64,000 bases of DNA from positions 1 to 64,000 of the forward strand of contig MCFE01000206.1 in the NCBI GenBank assembly GCA_002104905.1, given 5' to 3'. Under the pieces are notes generated by a model, which was not told the DNA's origin, ran no database searches, and saw nothing but the letters and a program-made list of their open reading frames with translations. This document shows, piece by piece, positions 27,251-38,949 of this stretch (position 1 is the first letter of the stretch; every line of letters begins with the position of its first letter). Position numbers and translations under genes: made by a program. The DNA is from Basidiobolus meristosporus CBS 931.73. Lineage: Eukaryota; Fungi; Basidiobolomycota.

Positions 27251-30200
27251 AGTATATCATACTGACTATATGAATAAACTTGTCTGTGGGAGGTATGTTT
27301 ACCCTACCACAGTGGCTTCCTCAAGAGCCCATTACAAGCAGGGCCAAAAGCTCCAGACAAGTGTCAAAGAGATGCCAGGTAGCTGGAAGAGTGCCAATTA
27401 GGGACAAGCAGGCAGGCACAGATGCACCAGCACAATATTTATTAAGAAAAAAGCGTATTACCACTCAAGAAGTACCCAGTCAAAGTAACAATGAAGGACC
27501 TGGCAGTGATAAAAACCAGTGGCTTTTACAGGAGCCTGTCACAACTACAGTTGAGAGCTCAAAACAAGCAGAAAAGAAATGTCAGGTTGCCAGAAGAGTG
27601 CCAGCAAGGCAGAAGCAGGCCAAAACAAATGCGTCAGAGCATAATTTATCCAGGAGAAAATGTAGTTCTTTACAAGAAGCACCCAGTCAAAGTAGCAGTG
27701 AAAGACCTGACAGTGATAAAGGAAAAGGTAAAGGGGAAAATGTGTACCCAAGCTTGAGACAGGGAGGCATCCAAAATACTGCAGCTTTTACTAATTAACA
27801 CTGCAAGCCAGGAACAGTCTGAATCCCATCATAGCCAAGAAGAGTTACTAACAAGAAAACACCAATTTTCACAAGAGTTGGAAGCGCAGCTAGTTGAGCA
27901 ACACTCAAGCTAGGTAGATGAGTTTCCAGAGATAGGCAATTTGTCTACCACAGCCTCCACAGCCACTATTGTTGACTGAGTGGAGATCCCACTGACAGAC
28001 AAGGCTACAATGTCAAGAGCTCAAAAGACTATCACAGTGCCTTCAGTGGTGTTTTGGGACATTAACAGGCACACCAAGAGGTTACAGCACTTCTTCAAGA
28101 GCAGTGCTCAAGAAAATGCACTGGAATATTGCAAGGATTTATTGCAAAGACTAGCAGATGAGGAGCTAGACCTTGCAGTGCCAGCTGAAGACAAGGACAT
28201 GTGGGAACCAGTGAATGAACAGTGGCATAAAGCTGTTGGGTTCCCACCAAAGTTGTAGAACCATAGAGTTACTGCAGAAATACTTATTGAGCGGTGAATT
28301 TTGATGGAGTTACTTGTTGAGTGTGGGGTTGGGCTTAATGCTAGTGTAGGGTATAGATACTTGTATTGGTCAATACAATTGGCAATTGAGGTACAACTGA
28401 AGTTTCAGTGGAAATAAATCAATTTGTACACATGAAAAGTAAGAGAAATAGTTGTATCAGGAAGTAAGGAGTGTGAAAAAGAGGCAATAACCAATCAATT
28501 CACACAAATGTAGGAGGCAATAGAGTGTCTGGGTTCAGAAAGTGAGCAAATTGGCAGGGAACCAATCAAAAGCCACTTATACATTGTTGTGATCAAAAAT
28601 TTTGACTGAGTTTTTTGCAAAATCTGGGGTGCAATTATTTTTTAATTGACTCTGGACAGTGTCCCAACAAGATCAGTACCTCTTAGTCATGGGACTTTAA
28701 CTTTGTAACAGCCTTTTACAGGATCATCTCAATAATTTTTCATAGGGATTGTTGGAGCATATTTTCTTGATTTTTTCACCAGTTTTCCTCTCCACCTTGG
28801 ATTTAAACCCCCTGACCTTAGACAGAGCCTCTTCCTTTCTCTCCATTAAGTAGACCCATGTGTATCTCAAATAATCATCAATAAAAGTGATCAAATACTT
28901 CATCCCACCTAAGGATAAATTTTGCATAGGTCAATGCAGATCTGAGTGAATTAGATCTAATTTGTTCTTAGTTTGATTAACCCAGAGCTCTTGAATGGTT
29001 GTCTGGCTTATTTCCTATATATGCAGGCTTCACAGTGCTGCAGATTAGCTGGGGGATCAACTTTTACTCCAGAAGTTAGCTGATCTTTGATTGTTTTGCG
29101 CAAATAATCAAAATTGATGTGCCCAAATCTCCTGTGCCAAAGAATTTATGTTTCTTCATTTAAGTTACTTATATTGGCTTCCTGATATCATGAAATATAA
29201 GTTTACTTGTATTTATCTTGATCTTTGATACCCACAGCAATATGAGCACCATTTTGATCAGTGATCCTGCATCAAAAATTGTCAAAGTTGAAACTGAGTC
29301 CTTTGCTGTGGCCTTGCTTGCAGATAGTAAGTTCTTGGCTATTTATGGTACATAGAGTACTTCTTTAAAGGTCATTGTATGGCTTCCTTCACTACTTCTT
29401 AGGTTTACTTGTATAGTTCCTTCTCCCACTGCATTAAGTGTTCTATTGTCACCCATGAGCACCTTAATTGGAATTTCTTGATATTGGGTAAAAAGTTCTT
29501 TTTGGTGTGTAACGTGTTGAGATGCTCTAGAGTCAATATACCATGTCTGAGAATCCTTGTTTGTGGTCATATTTAGTGCATATATGAATAGTCTACCTTC
29601 AGTTGTTGCAGCATTTCCATATTCAGGCTTTTTCTGCTGACTCTCTCTCTTTTTGAAGCACCGGTCTGATGGGTGTCCTTTCCTTTTGCAGTAGTTACAA
29701 AACTGGTTGCTATTGCCTTTGAAATATCTTGGGTATCTTTTTTGTTGGTTATCATTACTTATTGAAGCATTTTCTTCTTCCTTCTTATTGGCACTTGATT
29801 TTCTTAATTCTTCATCCAGGAGCCTTCCATATACATAACTTAAGGTCAAATCCTCAGTTCTGGACTCTAGGGCTGATACGAGGCCCTAAGACTTGTCTGT
29901 CAGGCTATTCAGGATGGAATCTATCACATCCTCAGCAGTAGTTGGTATACCCACAGCTTCCATCTCATTCATCTGCAGGGTATTTCTGTTAATTAGATTT
30001 TTCATTTCTTCTCCTGGCAGCATCTTTGTAGTAAAGAATTTTTGTCTCAGATACATTTTCTTAGCAGCTGCAAATGACTGGTAGGTGTTTTCTAATGCAT
30101 TCCAGGCATTCTTTGCCATTTTTGCTCTTGAGCATTGAATTAGCAATTTGTCTTTAACATTAAGGCAAATGCAGTTAATGGCACCCTGTTCTTTCTTCTG

Positions 30201-30345
30201 GAATTTTAAGGCTTCCTCTCCAATGTTCTTAGGAGGGCACACTTCTCCCATGACAGTATCCCAAAGGCCTCTTTCATGTAGCAGCATCTTCATCTTCACC
30301 TTCCACACTTGATAGTTAGATTCATGCAGCTTTTCAGCAGAGGGA

Positions 30346-31738
30346 AGAAGCACCTAAAGCTCTAGACTGGGTGCAAAGAAGCATCAGGTAGCCGGAAGAG
30401 TGCCAGTAAATAACAAGCAGGCAGAAATGGAAGCACCAGTGTCATACTTGTCAATGAAGGAGCTTAGTTCCATTCAAGAAGTTCTAAGTCAAAGTAGCAG
30501 TGAAGGACCTGACAGTGATAAGAACAAACAGCTTCATGAGGAGCTTATCACAACCAGGACCAAAAGTTTAGATAAGTGGCAAAGAAATGACAGGTGGCCA
30601 GAGGAGTGCTTTTAAGGGACAAGCAGGCAGAAACTGATGCATCAGTGCAACATTAACAAAGGAGAAAATGTAGTGCAATATAGGAAGTACTGAGTCAAAG
30701 TAGCAGTGGGAGATCTGGCAGTGATATAAGCAAAGGTAAAGGGGAGAAGTCTACCCAGGACATAGACAGGAAGTGTGAGAAAAAGCTGCAGTTCTCACCA
30801 ACTAACACCAGCAGCCCAGAGCATGACAATTCCCATAATAGCCAAGAACAATTACCAAGAAGACAATAACTGTTTTCTCCACAGCTGGAAGCCCAGACAC
30901 TTGAGCTCCACTCCAGTGAGGTAGATGAGTTTATAGAGAAAGATAGCTTTTGTCTACCACAGCTTCCATGACCTCCATTGTAGACTGAGTGGATATCCCA
31001 CTTACAGAAAAAGCAACAATATCAAGAAATCAGAATACTGTTAAAATACCTACAGTGGAGTTTTGGAACATCAATAAGCACACCAAATGGTTGCTGCACT
31101 TCATCAGGAGCAGTGCTTGTAAAAATGTTCTTGAATATTGCAAGGACATGTTGCAAAGGCTGGCAGATGCGGTGCTATACCTTGCAGTGCTGGCTGAAGA
31201 CCAAGATTTATGGGAGCCAGTGAATGGACAAGGATATAACGCCATAGGGTTCCTGCCAAAGTTATGGTAAAAGTACTTATTAAGTGGTGGATTTGAATGG
31301 AGTCACCTGTTAAGTGTGAGGTTGGGATTAATGTTTGTGTTGGGTAGAGGGACTTGTATAGGTGATTATAATTGGCAATTAAGTTATAACTGAAGAATCA
31401 ACAGATGTAAACCAATTTATATGCATCAAAGTAAGTGCACTGGTTAAGTAAAGAAGTATGACCTGTGAAAAAGAGGAAATAGCCAATGAATGTACACAAA
31501 TCTAGAAACTGATTGAGTGCCTGGGATCAGAGAGTGCAAGAATTAGCAGAGAACCAATCAAAAGCCACTTATGTATTGTTGTGATGAAAAATTTGTTCAA
31601 GTTGTTTGTGAAATCTGAGGTGCAGATTTTAGTTAATGGTCTTTGCATGGTGTTGTAGTGGCATCAATACTCTTAGTCACAGGAGTTGATTTGTATGACA
31701 GCCTTTTGATGGGATCATAGCAATTATTTCTCCTAGGG
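30346..31738 (+). mobile_element. Diverged CACTA half-element (ORF2 3' part and TIR)
   Basis: EFWNINKHTKWLLHF...WEPVNGQG domain at 30989-31270; degenerate terminus ATTTCTCCTAGGG at 31738 abutting Copia RNase H sequence. Confidence 0.75.
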
Positions 31739-32410
31739 TACTGTAAGAGAGCAATCATCTGCAGCACTTTCCACCATTGAGACACAGTATATGGCAGCCT
31801 GTGAAGCTGCAAAAGAAGCAATGTTGTAAAGAAAGCTTCTTAAAGGCTTAAGCTTATGTCAAAAAGCCCCTACCACATTATTTCAAGATATTCAACAATA
31901 TATAAAATTAGGTACATACCCAACTTTTCATGCTAGAATTAAGCACATAAACACTTGATATGCAAGGTTGTAGAAGATAGCTTAGCTAGCCTAGTTTACT
32001 ATTCTACAGATGAAATGATTGCAGTTATATTTACCAATCCATTTACTGGAAACAAATTTGAAGTTTTGTGAGAATTAGTTGTTTCACCTGTATATTCACC
32101 TAGCATAGTCACTTGGATCATTACCTGCAAATCTTAGAATATTCTTAGCAAATCCTTTGTTGGGATTTACAAGTAATATTTTCACCCAACCATCAGGCAC
32201 CCATAATATGAAGTTTCTGAGAGTTGTCTAAAGAGCCCCTAGCCTTGAACACATGCTCTTTGAATCTTCTCAAACATATTATATGCATTTGCTTTGCCAA
32301 GATCCTCTAGAAGTATAAATACTATGCTTACATTCAATAAGTCATTCAGTGAAAGCCACATAACTTGCATGTACCCTAATCTCTTCCAGTATCTTCAAAG
32401 CTCATACACA
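31739..32410 (+). mobile_element. Copia RNase H remnant and diverged 3' LTR (about 32065-32410)
   Basis: EAAKEAML, PTFHARIKHI and DEMIAVIFT remnants. The following 345 bp align with the LTRs at 20133 and 23805 (shared TATAAATACTA...ACATTCAAT block) and end in CA. Confidence 0.75.
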
Positions 32411-33787
32411 GCTATTTCACCAAGATATCAGATACCCAGGATATGAGATATCTAGAAATTGCCAAGAGAGCTTCAAAGCTTGTACAAGTGCTCTAGTGAC
32501 CTTTTTGAGCATATTTCATGTGTTTATCTTACCAAGGTCATGTAAAAGCATAAATATCATTTGTGCATGCAGTAAACCATTAGCTAAATGTCTTAAAGCA
32601 CAATTAGGATCAGTTAGTGTGAGTAATAAGTCATGCAGCAATATAATAGATACCGCGCTTACACCCTAATGCTCCATTTGATTATGCACTTGAATTACAG
32701 CTTATGAACATTATTGCTCCTTCCCAAAGTCTCTGTTGGAGACTAGTGCTATGTGCAATGATCAAGATATTTCACCTGCTTCCCAACCATCATGCTAGAG
32801 CATTGCTCAAGCTCTTGATGTTAAAGTAAAGCCTCAGTTGACAGTCAACCACTCAAGGGATGCCAATCCAGCTATTCAACCCAAACTGGAGTTGGGATTC
32901 CTGTTATAGACCCCATTGGTGGTATACGTTATTTGCATCAATTGGATCTATGTTAGTGCTGCAAGATTCTGGGGAGTATGGGATTTCAATTGAAGAACTA
33001 GAGGAGTTGCAGGTTATCTACTTGCTACTTTATTGAGTTCCAATAAAGTGCTTATACTATTAGCGGGACTTTGCAAAGCTGATGACGAGAATATTTTAAG
33101 AAAGGGTCCAGGAAACTGTGTGCGAAGCTTGGGGGCTTTTGTAGGAGTTTGAAATTCTTGTTATCTAATGTTAATATCAATGTGCCAACTGATTTAGGTA
33201 TTAAACATCTTGGTCGTGCTAAGATTATATACAAACAACCCAAACAACCCTTTTCTATTCCTACATCTGATACCAGGCCTTTATCTTTACCAACACCCCA
33301 AGCGTTTGATTTTACACCTTTAGTCAACAAACTTTCTAGAATTGCTGATAACAAAGATGAATTTGTAAAATCTGTAAAATCCGCTTCTAACAGTTTAAAT
33401 AATTTTTTGGTTGGTCAAACCAGTGCATATCAAGAACTTCGCAACAGTGTAATTGTTTTAACTAAGTGCATTTCTGACTTGGCCAATAAGGTAAATGCCA
33501 TTTCAACTACTCCACCACTTGTAAACATTGGTGCTCCCTCATCATCGGTTCCCGTTGAAACCGCTCCAGTTGATAAGGAACCTGGAGAAACCATTATCAA
33601 GGAAGTGGACCAAGTATTGGGTGGTAAGAACGTTGTCATGATTATTTGTAAGAATGGCGAGCAAGACTTTGATAAATTGGACAAGGAAGGTATCCAAAGA
33701 ATTATAGAAACTATTGGCGAAGATGACGTTTATGTTGCAAACTCTTTGCTTAGTGCTGTTACAAACCTTACTGCCTTAAATAAATAA
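32411..33787 (+). pseudogene. Orphan intronless ORF remnant; last 212 codons (33149-33787) intact, upstream part broken by stops; unknown, possibly viral or element-derived
   Basis: The open frame has strong A/T-ending codon use and a central coiled-coil-like segment (YQELRNSVIVLTKCISDLANKVNAI), with no ATG start of its own. The same frame extends upstream to about 32880 through stops, several being TGA in Arg-rich context (AGC TGA TGA CGA). Confidence 0.55.
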
Positions 33788-33861
33788 CTGTTGTGTGCAT
33801 GATCATATCGACTTTTGATTATTATACTTTTTAAAAAGTGTTTTTATCCTATGTTAATACT

Positions 33862-33928
33862 TTAGATCAAACCTATCTTAGATTAAACTTAAAAGTCTAA
33901 AACTTTTTCAAACTAACTTAGATCAAAC
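33862..33928 (+). repeat. Three copies of TTAGAT(C/T)AAAC downstream of the orphan ORF
   Basis: Copies at 33862-33872, 33878-33888 and 33918-33928. Confidence 0.8.
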
Positions 33929-36343
33929 TTAAACTTCTTTGAGTAAATAATTCATAGTCTAGCGGTAAGCTAAATAGAATCTTGAGGTATATGAGCGGTT
34001 TAGGTGTAAACCGAATGTTTACAATATTTACAACAGTGAGAACCTGAGTTTAGTCCCAAAAATTGACCATGTATGATATCGTAATACCCAATTAGCTAGG
34101 AACCGCACATATTTTAGCTATAGCACAACCAAGTTCAAAGAGGAATCTCAAATCGGTTGACAGTATGCGCAAAACGAGCGTTGGTACTTCACACTTCACA
34201 GGAGGTCACTGAGAATGGGTGTAATCCCTGGGGCCTTTTGAAGACAAGGTGGATTGTTTGCTGTATCCTCAGTCACCAAGAAACAGCACAATATTCTCAT
34301 AAAGTAGGCCACCAGGTATAGATTCACGCTCAATTTTGGTGGATTATCTTTCATAAGGTAATCATGGATGGGAGATACAGGTATAATAACAATTAGGCAC
34401 GTATCCGATAATAACCTACAAAGCACACTATACAAAAGTGCAACTGCAGGGTCAGGTAGCAACAGGTAAATAGGAGCCGCCATTACAAGTACAATTGGTT
34501 CAAGAATTATAATTTAACGACAAAACGACTGCCAAGCCTGTGTTCCTCAGGACGAATAGCTATCCAAATCAACACCATTGGGATTCAATCGCTCGAGGTG
34601 CATTGAATCCCGAAATCCGCTGTAGGCTCCCAATTTGCAGGCAGAGCTCAAAGCGTAAATCGAATTCGTGAACCAGTCAGTGGGAAGGATGATAGGAATA
34701 GCAAAATATTGATTCAGTAAACTGGATTTTGTGTGTATCCGGCACGCCTTCAAATTGCTAAATAGAGCGTCGCCATCCATTAAAGGATGTCAAGGCGTGG
34801 TTATAATACCTGGGTCTTATGGAATCAATGAGCGATTGAGTCGACTCCTTGCTATACAACTGTATATGCACTTGGAAAGTGTAGCAGGCACTGGATATAG
34901 ACACTTCTCGCTTTTTGTCCCAAGCCCTGCATGTGTCCGCTCGCGAGTAGAAAGAGTGCGTTTTGCAAGTTGATCCGGATGATAAGCCATATGCCTGGTT
35001 TCCAGGATTCTCAGCCAGCCCCTAGAGCCTCACCGTTGAATGGAATCTTGCATAGACCAACTTGGTTAAGGTTTCAGATGAGTACGGCTATCCGCCTACA
35101 CCACAATGTATTTACATCACAATGTCCAACAGGTACGATGTAGCAGTTGTGTGTATTAAAATAGAAAACCCAATAGCAGTTGTATACAGAATTTGCTGGT
35201 TTGGACCGTCTACGGATTGGTATACTGAAACCAATGATCTTAAGTGGGAAGAGCGCCGTAAAGTTCCGTGGTGCTGCTTTGATTGAATAGGAATTATTAT
35301 TGTACAACGAGGCATGGCCTTGACATGATGAATTTCATCAGCAGGACGAAGTGCTTGATTGGCTATGATGGTCAAATCATCAAGCAACAACAACCGAAAA
35401 GAATGAATCTAAAATAGCCCAATTTCGATGCGCAATCGCTGCCCCGCTGGAGCAGCTCAGCACAGCACCACACCGCACTACATCCATGGGAAACCGCGTT
35501 TAGCCTTACTTGGAAGTGCGCTAGCTTACGATTATGGTTTGGGCACTGGGGCGGGCACTCCACCGCTCGGCACTCGTCATTTCCATATTTATTTTGCCAT
35601 GGTTACAGAAATGGGAGCTGAGTTTTGGTTTCCAAGAATCGAATGCTTTCAAAAGCGATTACATAGTGGAATGTGAAATACATGTTGATGGTTGACACCA
35701 TCCCCGCCCTATTTGGTACCCAGATGTCAGTTTGGTATTTCGGTATCAAAAAGTGCAATTTCTGTGATCAACATCAGTGATCATCTTAACCGAGCTACTA
35801 AGCCACTCCGACAAAATGCGATGTTTCAGATCCATCCACCGCTGCCAATCCATGTTTTCATTGGAGCCAAGTCCCCATAGGCTAGAGTAGCCTACGGGAT
35901 CGTGGGAAACAAGGTGCTAAGAAATACGGAAACCTCTGTGATGCTCGAAACGGCCCATCTCTGGAGCCTTGCTAGCGATGCGGGCTCAGAATATATCAAT
36001 CGAGTTTCATTTCTGCCATTCCCAAAATCAATGCCCATGCTCCCAAAATATGAACGATTAAGTGGATTGTATTGTAACTCGGAGCACTTTCTTCGGAAGT
36101 GATTGAAAACATTTCCTGTTGATTGGTCGATTCAAAATCAGGTACGACCCGAAGCGTATTCCATCTTTTCGCCTTTCATCAAATCCGATAATATTCGTCT
36201 CGAATGTTTCATGCAATAGGAAACAGGTGGATGGACAAGTACCACCATAGGATTAGGTTGGTTGTGGGCGTACTTTATTTAAGCCTATACTTTTCTTCTC
36301 CAAAAATCACAACTGAGTTTCATATTCATTTTTAACATCTATC

Positions 36344-37327
36344 ATGGTCAAAGTCGCTGTTCTTGGTGCTGCCGGTGGTATTGGTCAACCTCTCTCTCTT
36401 CTCCTTAAGCAAAACACCTTGATCTCCCACCTTGCTCTCTACGACTTGGTCAACGTTCCTGGGGTTGCTGCCGATCTCTCCCACATCAACACCCCCTCCA
36501 AGGTCACTGCTCACCTCGGTGCCGACAACCTCCAAGAGGCCCTCGCTGATGCCCATGTCGTTGTTATTCCCGCTGGTGTCCCCAGAAAGCCTGGCATGAC
36601 CCGTGACGATCTTTTCAAGATCAACGCTGGCATTGTCCGTGACTTGGCCACCGCCGCCTCCAAGTACTGCCCCAAGGCCTTCATGTTGATCATCTCCAAC
36701 CCCGTCAACTCCACTGTCCCCATTGTTGCCGAGGTCTTCAAGAAGGCTGGAGTCTACGACCCCAAGCGCTTGTTCGGTGTGTCCACTCTTGATGTTGTCC
36801 GTGCTTCTCGCTTCGTTTCCGAGGTCAACCCCGAGTTGAACCCTGTTGACACCCGAGTCACTGTTATTGGTGGACACTCTGGCACCACCATCATCCCACT
36901 CCTCTCCCAACTCAACCCCACTCAGAAGTTCACCCAAGAGCAAATTGAGGCCTTGACTCATCGTATCCAATTCGGTGGTGATGAGGTTGTTAAGGCCAAG
37001 GATGGAGCTGGCTCTGCTACCCTGAGTATGGCATTTGCCGGTGCTCGTTTCGCTATCAATATTCTTGAAGCCAGCGTCGGTGGAAAGACTGGTATTATTG
37101 AGCCAAGTTATGTTGACCTCTCTGCTTATGTTGAAGGTGGTAACACTGTCAAGGCCGAGACTCAAGATTGCGCCTACTTCGCCACCAATGTTGAGCTCGG
37201 TAAGGATGGTGTTGAGAAGATCTTCTCCATTGGTAAGCTTTCCGAATTTGAGCAAAAGCTTTTGGCTGAGGCCATCCCTCAACTTAAGGCTAATGTTGAG
37301 AGCGGTGTTAACTTCATCAACGCTTAA
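36344..37327 (+). CDS. MDH: Malate dehydrogenase, no mitochondrial presequence, no PTS1 (likely cytosolic), intronless, 327 aa
   Basis: [48 protein letters not shown] and GSATLSMA motifs; strongly biased high-expression codons; ends FINA. Confidence 0.97.
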   Translation: MVKVAVLGAAGGIGQPLSLLLKQNTLISHLALYDLVNVPGVAADLSHINTPSKVTAHLGADNLQEALADAHVVVIPAGVPRKPGMTRDDLFKINAGIVRDLATAASKYCPKAFMLIISNPVNSTVPIVAEVFKKAGVYDPKRLFGVSTLDVVRASRFVSEVNPELNPVDTRVTVIGGHSGTTIIPLLSQLNPTQKFTQEQIEALTHRIQFGGDEVVKAKDGAGSATLSMAFAGARFAINILEASVGGKTGIIEPSYVDLSAYVEGGNTVKAETQDCAYFATNVELGKDGVEKIFSIGKLSEFEQKLLAEAIPQLKANVESGVNFINA

Positions 37328-37543
37328 ACTGCCCATCGACGCTTGTAACTTTCCAGTACATAGCCCCACCTCATCACTGCATTTATCGCATACCATATCA
37401 TCCCCCTAGTGCTAACCTCAATAAATATGGCTTATCTAATCAACCTTGGGAAATTTTTTCAAGCGTTCGCACGATTTTGAGATGGAATGGTATTTCGAAG
37501 TACCGAATGCCCGCTTTATTTAAATGTTGGGCCATACTGTATT

Positions 37544-37732
37544 TCATGTAAACAGACCGCCAACAATAGGTACATACTTCAAGAACTCAAATATTTTGGG
37601 CAACTTAATGCCAATCCCAGCTTCTATCTCTAATCCCGGGTCAGTTGCATTGTCGTCTATCTCCATTAATGTTGGTGAGCAGTAGATAGCGGCGATTAGC
37701 AGAAGTGTGAATAATACTTGAAAGTGTGACAT
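37544..37732 (-). CDS. 62-aa secreted prepropeptide: signal peptide + acidic pro-region + amphipathic cationic peptide (putative antimicrobial/cytolytic precursor)
   Basis: MSHFQVLFTLLLIAAIYC-SPTLMEIDDNATDPGLEIEA-GIGIKLPKIFEFLKYVPIVGGLFT*. TATAAAAAA starts 57 nt upstream (37781-37789) and AATAAA lies 24 nt after the stop (37515-37520). Confidence 0.75.
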   Translation of the reverse strand: MSHFQVLFTLLLIAAIYCSPTLMEIDDNATDPGLEIEAGIGIKLPKIFEFLKYVPIVGGLFT

Positions 37733-37780
37733 GGGCAACAATGGTGTAATGTTGCTCCATAAGATGGGCCATTGCATTGC

Positions 37781-37789
37781 TTTTTTATA
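37781..37789 (-). promoter_or_regulatory. TATA box of the prepropeptide gene
   Basis: TATAAAAAA on the minus strand upstream of the ATG at 37732. Confidence 0.6.
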
Positions 37790-38949
37790 AAGGCGTTCTC
37801 CTACTATACCCCGAGTTTGAAACAGATTTTGTTTCTCATCTGGAGTCCAAAAACATTGATGGTGTTGAAACTCTAGTTCGAATCCTCAACATGTATATAG
37901 TTCGGATCTGACTAGCGAGCTAATAACGGCTGCTTCCAGACCATATTCCTATGTGTGGCGCATCGTCTACGCCTCAACCAAGATTCATATTGCTTGATAC
38001 GAAATCCAGTTCTCATCTACTACTCTAGGCTATTTTGGAACTTCCACTAAAAAAATCATTTCAAACACTTACCCACTACGGTGGCTTTTTATTCACATGT
38101 TTGGAGTCCTCCTTGAGACTGCGTTTGAGGCGATGTGCGCTTTGATCAATAGTGAAAGCCAGCGCTCTACTGCCCTTGGCCGAGCTTCTCGCTCACATAC
38201 AGCCATATGATTCCAGTAAACACCGAGTACATTTTGGAAGTTGGTGCACTATGATCAGGAGATTTCCAAAAGTTGTATTTCCACGTTATATTTTGATATT
38301 ACTACACTTGGTGTACATCGGTGAATCATAGACAGTTCCTGTACATGCAACCAAATCTTTGGTCCATTCCACCAGAATTCCTGGAGGTTCAACCCTACCA
38401 ATCTTGAAGACTGTATCTATTAGTTATTTCAAGTTGGTTTAATCTTAATAATAGTCAATGTCCAAATATTTTCAAAAATCTCCTACGAACTAGGCTAATG
38501 CTAGAATCAGGAGTCATATATTTTAAGCGAGGATATGGAATCTATATTGGCCCAAGGAGGTCGGTTGATGTCATACCTTGGTGGCTTAGAAAAGAGCTGA
38601 ATATTTGAGGTATAGGATCCTACCAAGCCTGTGAGGACTTGCGACTTGAACCTATCATGTATTCTCCCATGTCATTGTATGGGGGATTAAACTGGAACAT
38701 AATTACTCAGTCCTCAAGATAAAGATAGAAATCGAGTGGCAAAATACTAGTGGTAATTGAATGATAAACTCGAAACAGATAACTGGTTTGTATTGATCTG
38801 AATGTATTGGAGGAACAAGGGTGTATAATGACGTCTTGTTTCCATATTCACTATAAATAAAGGCCCACCTGGCTCTACTAGTTCAACATACGTGCTGTAC
38901 TGTTAAAACCTCATTTTGCATTATTACCAACCCGTTCTAATAATCAAAG

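Larger units (their letters stand above)
15909..28747. mobile_element. CACTA element (12.8 kb including nested insertions) with CCCTA TIRs
   Basis: CCCTATGAAAAG at 15909, TTTTTCATAGGG ending 28747, 3-bp TSD ATT (15906-15908, 28748-28750). Transposase remnants lie on minus at 16.8-20.1 kb and the ORF2 3' half on plus at 27.3-28.4 kb. Confidence 0.88.
14612..30345 (-). mobile_element. Ty1/Copia element split by the 15909-28747 CACTA insertion (parts 14612-15908 and 28748-30345)
   Basis: The right part has gag (LHESNYQVWKVKMKMLL, CNYCKRKGHPSDRC zinc knuckle, WYIDSRAS protease). Joining across the ATT TSD restores integrase KIKKICSN-N-GGEYTSK. The left part continues into RT (WVYKTKY...[11 protein letters not shown]). 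No LTRs remain. Confidence 0.85.

Noticed and set aside
33996-34013. Hairpin as a Helitron 3' end
   Set aside because: No CTRR terminus at the expected distance and no Rep/helicase remnant.
34190-36300. Several 60-95-codon ORFs between the orphan ORF and MDH, and similar ones at 40.0-41.0, 53.1-53.7, 57.0-57.6 and 61.7-62.4 kb
   Set aside because: No recognisable motifs and no consistent exon chains could be built; some may be exons of real genes but I cannot support them.
37325-37348. Possible read-through extension of MDH copy 1 (TAA ACT GCC CAT CGA CGC TTG TAA = TAHRRL) as a cryptic peroxisomal signal
   Set aside because: The stop context is TAA-A, not the leaky TGA-CTA, and RRL is not a standard PTS1.
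36332-37396. 354-aa antisense ORF over MDH copy 1 (and the 210-aa one over copy 2)
   Set aside because: Shadow frames produced by the strongly biased codon use of the sense gene; no independent features.
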